NCBI GenBank assembly: GCA_014905635.1
Contig: JABVCE010000030.1
Coordinates: forward strand, 1 to 64,000
DNA: 64,000 nt
DNA from: Scenedesmus sp. PABB004
Lineage: Eukaryota
Reading direction: 5' to 3'
Both the position numbers and the translations under genes were made by a program. Positions within the stretch are counted from its first letter, which is position 1; each line of letters begins with the position of its first letter. The notes under the pieces were generated by a model. It worked only from the letters and a program-made list of their open reading frames with translations. It was not told where the DNA came from and searched no databases. Of this stretch, positions 46,948 through 59,055 are shown piece by piece.

Positions 46948-47154
46948 TCATACGACGAGCGCTCGATGTTTCGACGTCCGCGCCGCGGTTCGGCGGCGTG
47001 CCGCGACGGCCTGCTGGTCAACAATTGGGTGCTCCCGCCCCACGTTCGCACTCGTGAGCGTGGCGCGGCGCCCCAGGAGAGCGCGTGGCGCCCGGCAGCA
47101 GCAGGGCCGCACCCGCCCGCACACCCCCGCGCTCAGCTGTCCACGCAGGCCAGG

Positions 47155-48279
47155 ATGGCAGGTGCGAGGGGCTCTTGGATCGTTCGATCGCTGGCGCCGC
47201 AGATCGAGCGCGGGCGCGCCGCACAGCTGACGCGCCGCGCGCCCGCCCGCCGCCGCTGCTGCAGCCCTCCCCGCGCGCGCGCTGCGGCCCCAGGCCGCCG
47301 CCCGCCCGGGCCGGCGGCCGGCGCTGGTCGTGGCGGCCAGCTCGGCGCAGCCGCCGCCACCGTGGCGCCTAGCGGCAGCGGTGGCGGGCGTGTTCCAGCA
47401 GCGCGGCGCAGCGCCGGCGGCCGCGGCGCCGTCAGCGGAGGTGCGCGCTGGGCGCCCGCGCGCGCCCCGCCGCCGGCGGGCGCGGCGCCGCCGCTCTCGC
47501 TGCGCGGCGGCGCACGCATGCGGCGCGCGCCCAACGCGCCCGTGCGCGCCGCCAGGAGCTGGCCGACCCGGCGGCGCTGCTGGCGCACATCCGGCGGCGC
47601 GGCGCGGGCATGGCGGCGGTGCTTGCGCCGCTGGCGAGCACGACGATGGTCAAGGCCAGCAGCAGCAGCCAGGCGGAGATATACTTCGGACTCGCCAAGG
47701 CCGTCGACGTGAGACGCGGCGGCGCGGCGCGGGCGCGGGGGGCGCGAGGGGTCGCGAGGGCGCGAGGGGGGAGGGCAACGCGGCGCGGCGGCGCGGCGGC
47801 GGGCGGGGCCCCGGCCGGCGCGGCGCCGCCGCGTGCCGCCGAGCCTCTCCTCATGGCGCCGGCCCTCTTCGCCCCCCCCCCCCCTGCCTGCCCCCCCCCC
47901 CCCCCCCCGCCGCAGATCTACCTCGCCATCCTCACCGTGCGCGTGCTGCTGAGCTGGTTCCGCACCATCGACTGGTTCAGCGAGCCCTGGAACACGCTGC
48001 GCCAGGTGCCAGCAGCGCCGCCGCCGAGCCGCCGCCGCGCCGCCGCCGCCGCGTTGTCGTCGCCGCCGCGTTGTCGCCGCCGCCGCGTTGTCGCCGCCGA
48101 TTGCTGAGCCGCCCCGCGCCGCCCCGACCCGCCCCGCGCCGCCGCCGCAGCTGACCGACCCGTTCCTGCAGGTGTTCCGGGGCATCGTGCCGCCCCTGGG
48201 CGGCATCGACCTCTCGCCCATGCTCGGCTTCTTCCTGCTCAACCTGCTGCGCGGCTTCCTCATGCAGTTTGCGATGTGA
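47155..48279 (+). CDS. ylmG: YGGT-family (YlmG/Ycf19) plastid membrane protein; multi-exon
   Basis: IYFGLAKAVD|IYLAILTVRVLLSWFRTIDWFSEPWNTLRQ|LTDPFLQVFRGIVPPLGGIDLSPMLGFFLLNLL. Start approximate. Confidence 0.9.
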
Positions 48280-48633
48280 ATGTTCACGCTGCGCAGCGGC
48301 GCGCGGCGTGGCGGCGCGGAGGCGGCGGCAGTAACTGGTGGTGCCGGTGGCACCACTGCATCGCCGCTGGGGGGGGCAGCGACGCGCGGGCAGGGGCCGC
48401 ACCACAGCGGCGCGGCGCGGCGGCTGACGCCCCGCCCGCCCGGCTCCCCGGCGGCGCCAGTACCCCGCCCGGCGCCGCGTGCGGCGACGCCAGGCTCGTC
48501 CCAGCGCGTCGCAGCCCGCGCGGAACACGCACGGCCAGGAACGGCGAGCAGGCGGCGAGCAAACACGACAGCAGCGGCGCCGCCTGCCCCGCACAGCCGC
48601 GCCGCGGCCTCCTGCGCGCGATCGGATCGAACA

Positions 48634-49054
48634 ATGCGGCGGCACCTGCTGCACGCGATGCGACTCATGGTGCGCCCGTGCTGGGCCGCCTGCAGCCAGG
48701 GCGCCGCGCGCGGCGCCGCGAGCGCCGGCGGCACCGCGCGCGACGTGGCGGAGCTCAACGCCGAGCTGGCGGACGTCTTCGGCGTCCCCAGCCCGCCGGA
48801 GGGCACCTGCCTCGGCCCGGGCGACGAGCCGGCCGACGGCGGCGGCAGCGTGCCGTGGCCGCCCGGCGGGCCGGCGAGCGGCTGGGGCGGGCGGCTGCCG
48901 CCGCCGGCCGGGCACGCCGCATCCCAGCCAGCGGGCGCCGGCGAGCTCGGCGGCGAGCAGGAGCCGCCCCGCGCGCTGGAGCAGCTCGCGCGCGCGACGG
49001 CGCAGCTGCAGCAGCAGGTGCAGGCGGTGTCGCGGCTGCTGCAGGAGCTCACAG

Positions 49055-49120
<66 letters not shown>

Positions 49121-49710
49121 GGGCCGCGGCCGAGCCCGCCGGCGCGCAGCCGGGCACGCCACCCGCGCGCGACGCCTGCGGCCGGCCGCGCGGCGCCGGC
49201 GGCGCGCCCGAGCACGCGGGCGGCGTCGGGCTGACGCACGTGGACGCGTCCGGCCGCGCGGCGATGGTGGACGTGTCGGGCAAGCCCCCCACGTCGCGCT
49301 CCGCGTCTGCGTCGTGCGTGGTGGCCCTCGGGCAGCGTGCGTTTGACGCGGTCGCGGCCAACGCGCTCGCCAAGGGCGACGTGCTCAGCGTCGCGCAGCT
49401 CGCCGGCATCCAGGGCGCCAAGGCGACGCCGGCGCTCATCCCGCTGTGCCACACCATCCTGCTGGCCAAGGTCGACGTCTCGCTGCGCCTGCTGCCGGAG
49501 CAGCAAGCCGTGCGCGTCGACGCGACCGCCAAGACGCTCGGCGCGACGGGCGTCGAGATGGAGGCGCTCACCGCCGCCGCGGTCGCGGCGCTGACCGTGT
49601 ACGACATGTGCAAGGCCCTGAGCAAGGACATCACCATCGGCGCGCTGCGCCTCGACGCCAAGACCGGCGGCAGGTCGGGCGACTGGGCGCGCGCGGGCGC
49701 GCCTGTGTGA
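48634..49710 (+). CDS. CNX3: Cyclic pyranopterin monophosphate synthase MoaC/CNX3 (molybdenum cofactor biosynthesis), mitochondrial precursor; apparently intronless
   Basis: LTHVDASGRAAMVDVSGK..KGDVLSVAQLAGIQGAKAT..LIPLCH..TGVEMEALTA..LTVYDMCKA..KTGGRSG, with an Arg-rich presequence-like start. Confidence 0.93.
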
Positions 49711-49992
49711 CCAGGTGCGCAGGGTCTAGGCGGCGTCCGGGCCCTGCGAGCGGGCGTGCTGTGCAACCGACCTGGCTCCCTGGCTCCACCTCACACACAT
49801 GCCCCCCGCAAGCAGCGCCGCGTCGCCCAGCATCTCAGTCGACGGCGTTGCTCCGCTGACGGCGCGCTGCCGGCGAGCGGACAGCCCCTGCGCGCGCTCT
49901 CCCGCCTTCGATTAGCCCCGATTGGCGCCCTGCCTCGGCGAGGCAGCAGCGGCAGGGCCGGACAGGCGCAGGCGGGGGCAGGCGCGAGCGCG

Positions 49993-50889
49993 ATGCTGCT
50001 GCTCGGGCGGGGCCCGGCCGCATGCCCGGCGCCACGCGGCTGCGGCTCGTGCGTGCAGCGGCCTGAGGCTGCTCTGCGGCCGCTGGCGCGGGCTGTGGCC
50101 GCGGCGGCGCGGCGCGGCGGCGCGCCCGCAGCAGCGCCCGCTGCTGTGGCCGCGACGCGGGCGCGTGCGCCGCGCGCCCGCTGCGCCGCGGCCGCGCCGG
50201 AGACGGAGGCCGCCGCCGAGGTGGCGGCGCTGGAGGGCGAGGAGGGGCCGGTGGTGGAGTGGGTGGGCGTGCTGGACGGGATGCAGACCGTGCGCGGCGA
50301 GCTGCGCGCGGCGGCGTCGCCCGACCTCGTGTACGGCATCCTCACCGACTACGCCTCCTGCAGCCGCGTGTTCCGCAACGTCGCCGGCAGCACCACGCTC
50401 GCCACGCCGGGCGGCGGCACGCGCGTCGTGCAGGCGTGCCGGTGGTCGTTCCTCGCGTTCCGGGGGACGTTTGACGTCGCGCTCGACGTGTCCGAGGACG
50501 CCGCGCAGCGCCTGCTCGTCTTCCGCCTGCACGAGAGCAGCTTCATGGCCGACTTTGAGGGCCGCTGGCAGGTGGGTGACCAGGGGAGCGGCGCCCGCAC
50601 ACGCGCGCGCGGGCGGCGCCATGCCGGCGGCGCGCGGTCGGCGCGCAGCCCGCCGACCGCGCGGCGGCTCTCCGGCCACGCTCGCGCGCAGGTCGTGCCG
50701 GCGCCGGGCGGCTGCCGCGTGGAGCACGTGCTGGCGGTGAAGCCGGTGCTGGTCGTCCCGAGCGCCATCGCGCCCTACACCGCCAGCATCTTCAAGAAGC
50801 AGGTCGCCGGCCTGCTGGACGACCTGGGCGCAGAGATCGCGCGCCAGGCGGCGGCGGCCGCGGCAGAGGACGAGGGCGCCGCCAACTGA
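49993..50889 (+). CDS. START/SRPBCC (polyketide cyclase/dehydrase-like) lipid-binding protein, probably plastid-targeted; 2 exons
   Basis: VRGELRAAASPDLVYGILTDY..VVQACRWSFL..FRLHESSFMADFEGRWQ|VVP..VEHVLAVKP, preceded by a transit-peptide-like N-terminus. Confidence 0.8.
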   Translation: MLLLGRGPAACPAPRGCGSCVQRPEAALRPLARAVAAAARRGGAPAAAPAAVAATRARAPRARCAAAAPETEAAAEVAALEGEEGPVVEWVGVLDGMQTVRGELRAAASPDLVYGILTDYASCSRVFRNVAGSTTLATPGGGTRVVQACRWSFLAFRGTFDVALDVSEDAAQRLLVFRLHESSFMADFEGRWQVGDQGSGARTRARGRRHAGGARSARSPPTARRLSGHARAQVVPAPGGCRVEHVLAVKPVLVVPSAIAPYTASIFKKQVAGLLDDLGAEIARQAAAAAAEDEGAAN

Positions 50890-51256
50890 GCGGCCGGCGT
50901 TGCGCCCAGCAGGGGCGGGCACGCGGGCAGGCGTTGCCGTGGTCGGAGCGTTGCCGTGGTCGGAGCGTGCATTGCGGGCGCCGCAGGCGGCGCCGCAGGG
51001 GCTAGCAGCAGGGAGGGTGCGAGCGCGCAGTCACACTGCACTCTGCTTGAGCGAGGGCGCGTGATGCCTTCATTCGCGCCGCCCGGCCGCCAGCGTCGCT
51101 CCGGCGGCCGGGCGGCGGCAGGTGGCGCGCATGGCATTTTCGCGGCGGGGCTCGACGCCCCGCCAGCGCCGGCGCGGCTGGATTGACTGATGTTGATGGT
51201 GTTGATCGGCGGCGCAGCACGGCGGCCCCGATTCGGTCCACGGCTGCAGCTGGGTT

Positions 51257-51261
51257 TGTAA
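51257..51261 (+). terminator. Candidate TGTAA polyadenylation signal
   Basis: TGTAA in the relatively AT-richer 3' region after the stop at 50889. Confidence 0.5.
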
Positions 51262-51555
51262 CACACGGCGCGCGGAGGTCGGAGGTTAACCAGAGCGAAG
51301 CACACAGAACAGGACACAGATCGCCGCCCGCGGCCCCGCGCCCGCCCGCTCGGGCTGGGACCCGGCGGCGCGCGCGGGGCGCGCGGTTGCCTGCTGCGCA
51401 GTTGGCTGCCCACGCGCAGCGTTCCGAGCGCACCCCTCGAGCAGCCCCCCGGCGCCACGGCGGCAGCCCCACCGCCAGCGCGCGCCGCCGCCGCCGGCGC
51501 GGCCCGGCCGCCCGCCCCACACACGCCGCCGCTGCCGCGCCCGCCCGCGGTCGGG

Positions 51556-53041
51556 TCAGTGCCCGCCCCCGCTCTTCTGCATGCCGAGGAGCCGGATGAA
51601 GTCGACCCAGAGCAGGCTGCCCAGGAAGGTGTTGCCGGTGCGCACGATGAAGGAGAGCACGGCGCAGAGCTTGTAGTTGCCCTTGAACCAGGTCTCGATG
51701 CCGCGCTCCTCGATGACGCCCGCGACGAGCTGGTAGCGCAGGTTGCTGCTCGTCGCCATGTAGGCGCCGTACGCGGCGCTCGTGGCGAGCACGTCCTGGC
51801 TCTGGTTGAGCGGCACGAACGAGGGGTCGAGCGCGCAGCGCAGCGCGATGAGCGCGTTGGTGATGCCCACGCCGACGAGCGACGCGCCAAAGCCGACGCA
51901 CGCGAGCTTCATGCCGTTGCGCAGCGGCGCGCCGAGGCGCTGGAGCAGGGTGAACGCGGGCATGCCGGGCTGGACCTTCTGGAAGGCGTTGTCGGGGCAG
52001 CCCGCAAACAGGCGGCCGAGCAGGTCGAAGCGCGCCTTGCTCGCGGCGGCGGCGTACGAGAGCGTCGGCGCGGGGAGCCAGACGAGCATGAAGTCGGCGA
52101 TGATGGCCATCACCACGTTGGCGGCCACAAAGTCGAGCTCCTGCGGTGGTGGGTGCGGTGGGTGGGGCGATGGTGAGTGGTGGGCGGGTGGTGCTGGGGG
52201 GGGGGGGGGGGTGGCGAGCGAGCGTGCGGGCGCGTGCGGCGCGGGCGGGCGGCGTGAGCGGCGGCGTGAGCGGCGGCGGCGGCGCGCCTTTGAGAAGGTG
52301 CCCTGGCGCTTGGTGTACTCGGCGGTGCACTTGGTGCACACGCCGATGCCGACCTCGATCGCCATCTTGGTCAGGAACGACGGGTCGGCCAGCAGGCGCT
52401 CGCGGAAGCCTGCGCGGCGCGGCGCGGCGCGGCGCACACGCGTGAGCTGGCGGCGGCGGCCGCCACCGTTGCTGCCGCCGCCGCTGCCGGCCGCGGCCGC
52501 TGCTGCTGGCGCCCGCCGCCCGGCGCTGCCCGCCGCGCGCCACACGTGTCCCTGCCCGCCCTGCCCGTCCTGCCCGCTGGCGCACCCGGGAACTTCATGA
52601 GCCAGCCGACCAGGAGCTTGGTCTCCATCTCCAGGTAGCGCTGGAGGATCTCAACCGTCACCTGGCCGCAGCGCAGCGCACAGCGCACGCACCCGGCGTC
52701 GGCGCCGCGCCGCGCGGGCCAGCGCCGCACACCCCCGCGCCGCACTCGCGCAACCCCCCCCCCCCCCCCCCCCCCGCACCTTGCCCGTGCCCAGCGCGGC
52801 GGCCATGTCGGCCGGCAGGCTGCTGGCGGTCTTGCCGGCCGCCGCGAGGAGCGCGACGAGCGCGGGGTCCAGCCCGTCGCCTGCGCCGGGTGGTGGCGGC
52901 GGCGGCGGTGAGGGGCGCGGCGCGGCTCGCTGTGACCGTCGGCCGCGCCCACGCGCAGCTGCGGGTCCGGCGCGCTGCGGCGGCGCTGCCGCTCCGCCCT
53001 GCTGCGCACGCACCCTTGCCGCTGCTGCCGCCGCTGCCGCC

Positions 53042-53072
<31 letters not shown>

Positions 53073-53487
53073 CCATTGGATCCGACCTTGTCGTTGCCCC
53101 CACCGCCCGTCACGGCAGCGCTCGCCGAGGAGGAGGCGCAGCCCACTGCGCGCCCTGCGGCGTCGGCGTGCCAGCCCCGTGGGCGCGCGCGCCGGGCCCG
53201 TGGCGGCGTGCGGGCACGCCCCCCGTATCGTGCCAGCGCCGGGACAGCTCTCCGCGCAGGCGCGGCGCCTGCAGCGGCCCGCAGCGGCCGGGGGGCTCAC
53301 TTTGTGCCGGCCAGCGAGACCCCAGTTGGCCCTGCCCGCTCCTGGCGCCGCCCAGGGCGCCGCCCAGGCCCAGAACCAGCGCCGGCAGCGGCTGGCGCGC
53401 GGGCAGGCCGTGCGGGACGACGCTGCTGGCCCGGGCCAGCAGGCGCGCCGCGCGGCCGCTGCCGTGCGCGAGGACTCGGCCGTTCAT
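51556..53487 (-). CDS. RETICULATA-related (DUF3411) chloroplast envelope protein; multi-exon
   Basis: Poly-Gly linker, LPADMAAAL, FRERLLADPSFLTKMAIEVGIG..AEYTKR..|ELDFVAANVVMAIIADFMLVWLPAPT..PDNAFQ..YMATSSNLRYQLVAG..VRTGNTFLGSLLWVDFIRLLGMQK. Confidence 0.9.
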
Positions 53488-53675
53488 GGTGCCACCTGCG
53501 CTGCGGCGCCGCGCCCGGGCGCGATCGAGGTGCGAGCGTGTGGCAGCGCCGCCGCGCTGCGTGCGGGTGCCCGTTTGGTCGGCGGCGCCAACAACCCTAG
53601 CCGTCGCGGTCCCTCTTCGTTTCCTGCCGCCTCCGTTCCAGAGCCCGAGATCACGGCCCCCACACCGCTATGCCG

Positions 53676-54966
53676 CTACTCCGCCGCCGCGGCAGCCGCC
53701 CCGGCCCGCGCGCGCGCCGCGCTGTCGCTGCCACCGTTGCTCGCGTTGGAGAGGCGCTTGAGCATGAGCAGGCAGCGGTCGGGCGGGCGGCCCTGCAAGT
53801 AGGGCATCCAGGGCGCCTCCAGCACGCCCCGGCGGTAGCGCAGACGGCTGTAGAGCCCGACCGCCGCGCCGTTGCCTGGGTTGACGTGCAGCCCTGCGCG
53901 CGTGCAGCCCCACGCCGCCGCGAGCGCCTCGGCCTCCGCCACCAGCCGCGCCGCGACGCCGCGCCGCCGCGCGGGCGGCGCGACAGCGACGTTGCTGATG
54001 TAGGCGATGCCTGCGCCCGCGGCCGGCGCGCGGCGGGGGCGCGCGCGGGCGGGGGCAGCGAGCGCGCCCGTGGGCGACCGCTGGCGCGCGGCGGGCGCGG
54101 GCGCGCAGCAGCGGGCGCCGCGGCGCTGCAGGTCAGGCGCGCCGCACCGTCTCGCTTGACCCAGCCGACGGCGCCGTCGCGCTGCGCGCTGAGCGCGCGC
54201 GGCGGGATGATGTCGCCAAAGCTGTCCAGCTGCGCGACGCCCACGATGCCTGCGGGCGCGCACGGCGCGGCGCGCGCTCGGGCGGCGCACGGCGCGGGCG
54301 CGCCGCCGCCAGGTGGTGTCCGCCGCGCTGGAGCGCACGGCTGGTGCGCACCGAGCTGTTCGTAGCCCTGGCCCAGGCGCGGCCAGGTGGCGTGCGAGGT
54401 CAGGCGGCTCAGCCAGTAGCCGAGGCGAGGGAAGGCAAACTCCTCGCCCAGCGCGGTGCCGCCCGGGCCGCTGCTGCTGCTGCTGCTGCCGCTGCTGCTG
54501 CTGCTGCTGCCGCTGCTGCCGCTGCTGCTCCCGCCGCCGCCGCCCAATGCGTCGTCGGCCTGCTCGGCTGCCGCCGCCGCCGCCTGTGCCGCCGTCACGC
54601 CCGCCGCCAGCAGCTCCCGTGGCGCGCGCTCGGGGTCATAGGCCACCAGCAGGCTGCAGCGCCCCGCGCCGCGCGTGGCGAGGTCGTCGTTGATCTGCAG
54701 CGCCCACACGCGCTCAAAGCGGGCCCACAGCGCCGCCGACGGCGTCGCCCGCGCGTGGTCGAAGCAGACGGCGTGCAGGTCGGCGGCGGGCCAGTACTCC
54801 GCCGGCGTGCACAGCTGCACCACCAGGCTGCCCGCGTCGACGCCGCCGGCCGCCGCTGCCCGGGCGGTGCCCCGCCGCCGGGCGCGGACGCGCTGCTGCG
54901 CCGCCACCCGCGCGGCGGGCGGCTGCTGTGGTGTCGCCCGCGCGGGTGGTGCGGCACGGACCGCAT
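53676..54966 (-). CDS. GNAT-family N-acetyltransferase; multi-exon, 5' end uncertain
   Basis: EYWPAADLHAVCF..., GIVGVAQLD, GIAYISNVAVAPPARRRGVAARLV (motif A RxxGxA) and LHVNPGNGAAVGLY (motif B). The ATG at 54966 is not in the frame of the next exon, so the start is unresolved. Confidence 0.8.
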
Positions 54967-55357
54967 GGCGACCCGGGCGGGCAACGAGCCACGGCTGAGG
55001 GCCGCGTGCGCCGCGGCGCCGCCGTGGGAGCAGCGCTGCTCGCTTGCCCTGCGCGGCTCGCAGGCGGGCGCTGGCCGAGCGGGCGCGCCCTGGAGGCCTG
55101 CCGGGAGCGCCTCTGATGCGCCGGCGTGACCCGCCTCCGGTCGCCGCCGCCCAGAGATGCTGCCGCCGCGCGTCTCTTGCGCCAGTTGTGCCCTCGCGAC
55201 GCCGCGTCCGCGCGGTTGCTCGTCCGTTGCTCCTGCCGCGCGCCGCCCACATCACTCGCCACTCCCTCGGGGTCGCTGGCGCGGCGCCGTCGGGCTGCCG
55301 TCGCCGCCGCCGCCGCCGCCGCTGCCGCCGCTGCCGGCGCTGCTGCTGCGCGGCGCC

Positions 55358-57412
55358 ATGTCGGGCGGCGGCCCGGCGCCGCCCGCGGCGCCGGCGGGGC
55401 AGGACACCGACGTTGTGGAGGCTCGCCTGCCGCGCGGCGCGGGCGTGGCGGTGCTGTACCCGGGCTACATCGGCGACCCGGGCGCGGCGCTCGCGACGCT
55501 CGGCGGCGCCGACGCGCTGTCGGCGGCGCTGGCCGACGCGCCGGCCGTGCTCAAGCTGCACCTGCGCCCCGAAGACCCTGCCTCGCACCCGCTGTTCGGC
55601 ATGCGGCGCGAGGCGCCGGGGCTCGTGCTGCGCGTCGCGCGGCGCCGCGGCGACCCGGGCGCGGCGCCGCGCGTGACCGTCGCGGCGCGGCTGACCGCGG
55701 CGTACACGTTTGACGGCCTGGCCGACTTCCAGTACGTCAGCGCGGAGGCGGCGCCCCCGGGCGCGCGCGACCTGTCGCGCCTCGGCGCGGCCAACCAGCC
55801 CGGGGCGGCGGAGCCGTTTGGCGCGCCCCAGCCGCTGCTGCTCGTGCCGCCGCTGTTCAGCCGGCTCGACGTGCCGGTGGGCTTCGCCTTTGCCGACCCG
55901 CCGCCCGCGGCAGGTGCGCTCGGGCGTGTGTGTGCGCGCGGCGCGGCGCGCGGCGCGCGGGCGGCCGCCCATGCCGCGCCGCTCTCCGTCTCTCTGCCTC
56001 ACTCGCAGAAGCCGAACCGGCGCCGTCCTCCCGGCGCCGCGTGATCAGCTTTTACGACCCCGCCCTGCCGCCGGAGCTGCCGGTGCCAGACGGCGCGTAC
56101 GCGGGCGAGGCGGCGGCGGCGCAGCTGGCCGCGCTCAGGGCGCTGCTCGCGGAGCGTCCCGCGTGGCCGGTGGAGCTGCTGCTCGAGCGCCTGCCGGGGG
56201 CGAGCGAGGAGAGCCTCGCGCCCGCGCTGGCGGCGCTGTGCTATCAGTTCAGAACGGGTGCGGGCCGGGCCGGACGGGCCGCGGGCAGGGGCCTGCAGAG
56301 CACGCGAGCAGCAGCGCACACCGCGCCGCGCGAGCTCGCCGCCGGCCGCCGCCCCGCGCGGCGCGCAGGGCCCTGGAAGTCGATGTTCCTGGCGTGCGGC
56401 TTTGACCCGCGCGCCTCGCTGGCAGGGCGGCCGTACCAGCTGCTGGCCGTGCGCCTGCCGCCCGAGTGGTGCGCGACGGCGGCGGCGCGCCCGGCCGACC
56501 GGCTGCCGCCCAGCTGCGGGGCCCGCTGTTCACGGCGCTCGCTCACCACACCCGCCGCCGCGCCGCAGGGCCAAGGCAGTGCGCGCGGCCAAGGCCGCGG
56601 GGCGGCCAATGCAGCAGCCGCCGCTGTCGCAGCTGCTGAGGTGCGGCCAGCCTGGGCGGCCGCCGCGGGCGCGGCGCGCGCGCCGCGCCAGCCCGCGCCA
56701 CGCTCACCTGCTCCCGCGCCCGCGCAGGTTCTCCGCGCTGCCGGTGGCGCACACCACGCTGCTGCCGCTCGCCGACCTGGCCGAGGCGGACGCCGGCCTC
56801 GCGCAGCTGCTCGAGGGCGCGCCGCAGCCGGCAGCGCTGAGCGAGGCGTACGGCTGGCTCACTTACGCGACGATGCAGCGCCTGCAGCAGGCTGCGGCAG
56901 CGCGCTTCGCCGCGCTGGTGGCGCCACGCCTGGCGGCGCTGCAGCGGGAGGCCGAGCAGCCGACGGCGCAGCAGCCGGAGCAGGCGGGCAGCGAGCAGCA
57001 GCAGCAGCGGGAGCCGCAGCGGGAGCAGCAGCGTGCAGACGGCGGCGACGCGATGCAGGTGGACCAGCCCGCCGCGGAGCTGCAGGCAGCGGCGCCGCCG
57101 AGCGGCCGGCGGCGGCCGCCGCCGGCGCCGCGGGAGCAGCCCGTGGTGGGGCAGGAGCCGCCGCCGCTGGACGACGCGCTGGGCCTGCTCGGCCTGGGCG
57201 GCGAGGCGGCGGGGCCGGAGCTGCAGCGCTGGATCGAGGAGGAGGCGGCGGCCGCGGCCGCGGCCGCGGCCGCGCGCGCGGCGGGCGGCGCGCGCCCCGC
57301 GGCGAGCGTGCTGAGTGACGGCGACGGCGCCTCCACGGACGCCGGCTCCGACTGGGGCACGTCGGGCGGCGAGGAGGCGAGCGAGGGCGACGAGCTCGGC
57401 GCGTACGACTGA
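55358..57412 (+). CDS. GTF3C5: RNA polymerase III transcription factor TFIIIC subunit 5 (Tau95/Tfc1); multi-exon
   Basis: AVLYPGYIGDPGAALATLGG..LHLRPEDPASHPLFG..YTFDGLADFQY..LVPPLFSRLDVP..LLAERPAW..LCYQFRT|GPWKSMFLACGFDPR, with an acidic C-terminal tail. Confidence 0.85.
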
Positions 57413-57482
57413 GCAGGGCTTTGAGAGCCCTGCGCCGCGCCTGCCGCCGCCCCTCGTCACCGGCGGCGCCGCTCCCCGTCGG

Positions 57483-57487
57483 TGTAA
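57483..57487 (+). terminator. Candidate TGTAA polyadenylation signal
   Basis: TGTAA about 70 nt after the Tau95 stop. Confidence 0.55.
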
Positions 57488-57724
57488 ACGACCACCCACA
57501 CGCCGCCGCAGCCGCAGCGCGCGGCCGCCCAGCCCGCCGCCGGCCGCGGCCGCGCTCGTACGCCAGCGCCCGCCCGCCGCCGCATGCGCGCAGCCGGCAG
57601 CGCGATTCGCCGCGCGCTGATCGCCCCCTGCGCAGCACGTCAGGCCCTGCACTGGCTGGACCTGAGCCTGGGCCCGCCGGCGGCGACGAGCAGCGGCGGC
57701 AGCAGCGAGCCGGCCGCCGCGGCG

Positions 57725-59055
57725 ATGGCGGGGCCGCTGAGCGCCGCCGAGCTCGACGCGCTGCGCGCAGAGGTTGCCGACGCGCCGCCGGTGCGGCACC
57801 GCGAGGGCGCAGCAGCAGACGCCGCGAACGCCGCCGCTGCCGCGCAGCCGACCGTCTACGCCGCCGCGCCCCGCGCACGCCCCCCCCCCCCACCCGGGCC
57901 CCACCCGGGCCCCAGGTCGTGCTGTACCACTACCCCTGCCCCGACGGCGCGTTCGCGGCGCTCGCGGCGGCGCTGGCGTACCGGGCGCGCGGCGTGGCGG
58001 CGGTGTTTGTGCCGCACGAGGTGTACCGGCCGCTCGAGCTGGACGACCTGGCCCTGGACCCCCGGGCCGTGGCGTTCCTGCTCGACTACGCCGGCCCGGA
58101 CGGCCTCCCCGCGGCGCTGTGCCGCCGCGTCGCGCGCGTGGTCGTGCTGGACCACCACAAGACGGCCGCGGGGCAGCTCGCGGACGCGTCGGCGCGCCCC
58201 GCCAACCTGGCGGTCCACCTCGACATGGCCCGCAGCGGCGCGGCGATCGCGGCGGAGTTCTTCCGCCCCGCCCTCACGCCCGACCAGCAGCGCATGTTCA
58301 GGTGGGCGGCGGCGGCGGCGGCGGCGGCGGCGCGGCCGGTCGGGCGCGGCCGCGGCCGGGCGCGGAGCCGGCGCCGCGCGCGCCGCCGCCACGCAGCATG
58401 GTGGAGGACGCCGACCTGTGGCGCTGGGCGCTGCCGGACAGCGAGGCGTTCCACGCGGGCCTCGGCGACGCGCGGCTCGACTACAACGCGGCCGCCAACC
58501 CCGCGCTCTTTGACCAGCTCGCGGCGCTGCGGCCTGACGACGTCATCGCGCAGGCGCGCCGCCGCCGCGGCCGCAGCCGGGGGGGCGCGAGTGCGCGCCC
58601 CGCGCGCGGCCGCCGGGCGCGGCCCGACGCGCGCGCCGTCGCCGCTGCCGGCGCCGCAGGGCCGGGAGGTGCTGGCGCGGCAGGAGGTGCTGATCGCCGA
58701 GGCGCTGGCGCGCGCGGCGCCGCACCAGCTCGGCGGCGCGGCGGGTCTCACGCGCGGCTGGGGCACCTGCCTCGGCGTCGGCGTGGCGGGGGAGGTCGCC
58801 AAGTGGCGCAGCGCGCTCGGCAACCGCCTCGCGGCGCGCAGCGCGGAGCTCGGGCTCACGCCCGTGGGCCTCGTGGCGTACACAGAGGCCGAGATGCCGC
58901 GCAAGGACAGCCACATCAAGGTCTCGCTGCGCAGCGTCGGCGGCTGGGACACGAGCCGCGTGGCCGAGGCGTTTGGCGGCGGCGGGCACGCCGCGGCGAG
59001 CAGCTGCATCCTGTCCCTCGCCGAGCTGGGCGCGTGGGCCGAGCAGGCGCGGTGA
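57725..59055 (+). CDS. DHH/DHHA1-family phosphoesterase (nanoRNase NrnA/NrnB-like); multi-exon
   Basis: VVLYHYPCPDGAFAA (motif I), FLLDY (II), VVLDHHKTA (DHH), DMARSGA, VEDADLWRW, KVSLRS..FGGGGHAAASS (DHHA1). Confidence 0.88.

Noticed and set aside
17774..49710. CHLH, FIST, CobW and MoaC as a metal-cofactor gene cluster
   Set aside because: They are interspersed with unrelated housekeeping genes on both strands and share no evident regulatory motif. Coincidence in a gene-dense genome is the simpler explanation.
11739..59055. Bacterial contamination or recent HGT suggested by bacterial-like genes (rps12, moaC, cobW, ylmG, DHH)
   Set aside because: Nearly all carry spliceosomal introns and/or targeting extensions, share the host composition and are contiguous with a telomere and eukaryote-specific genes.
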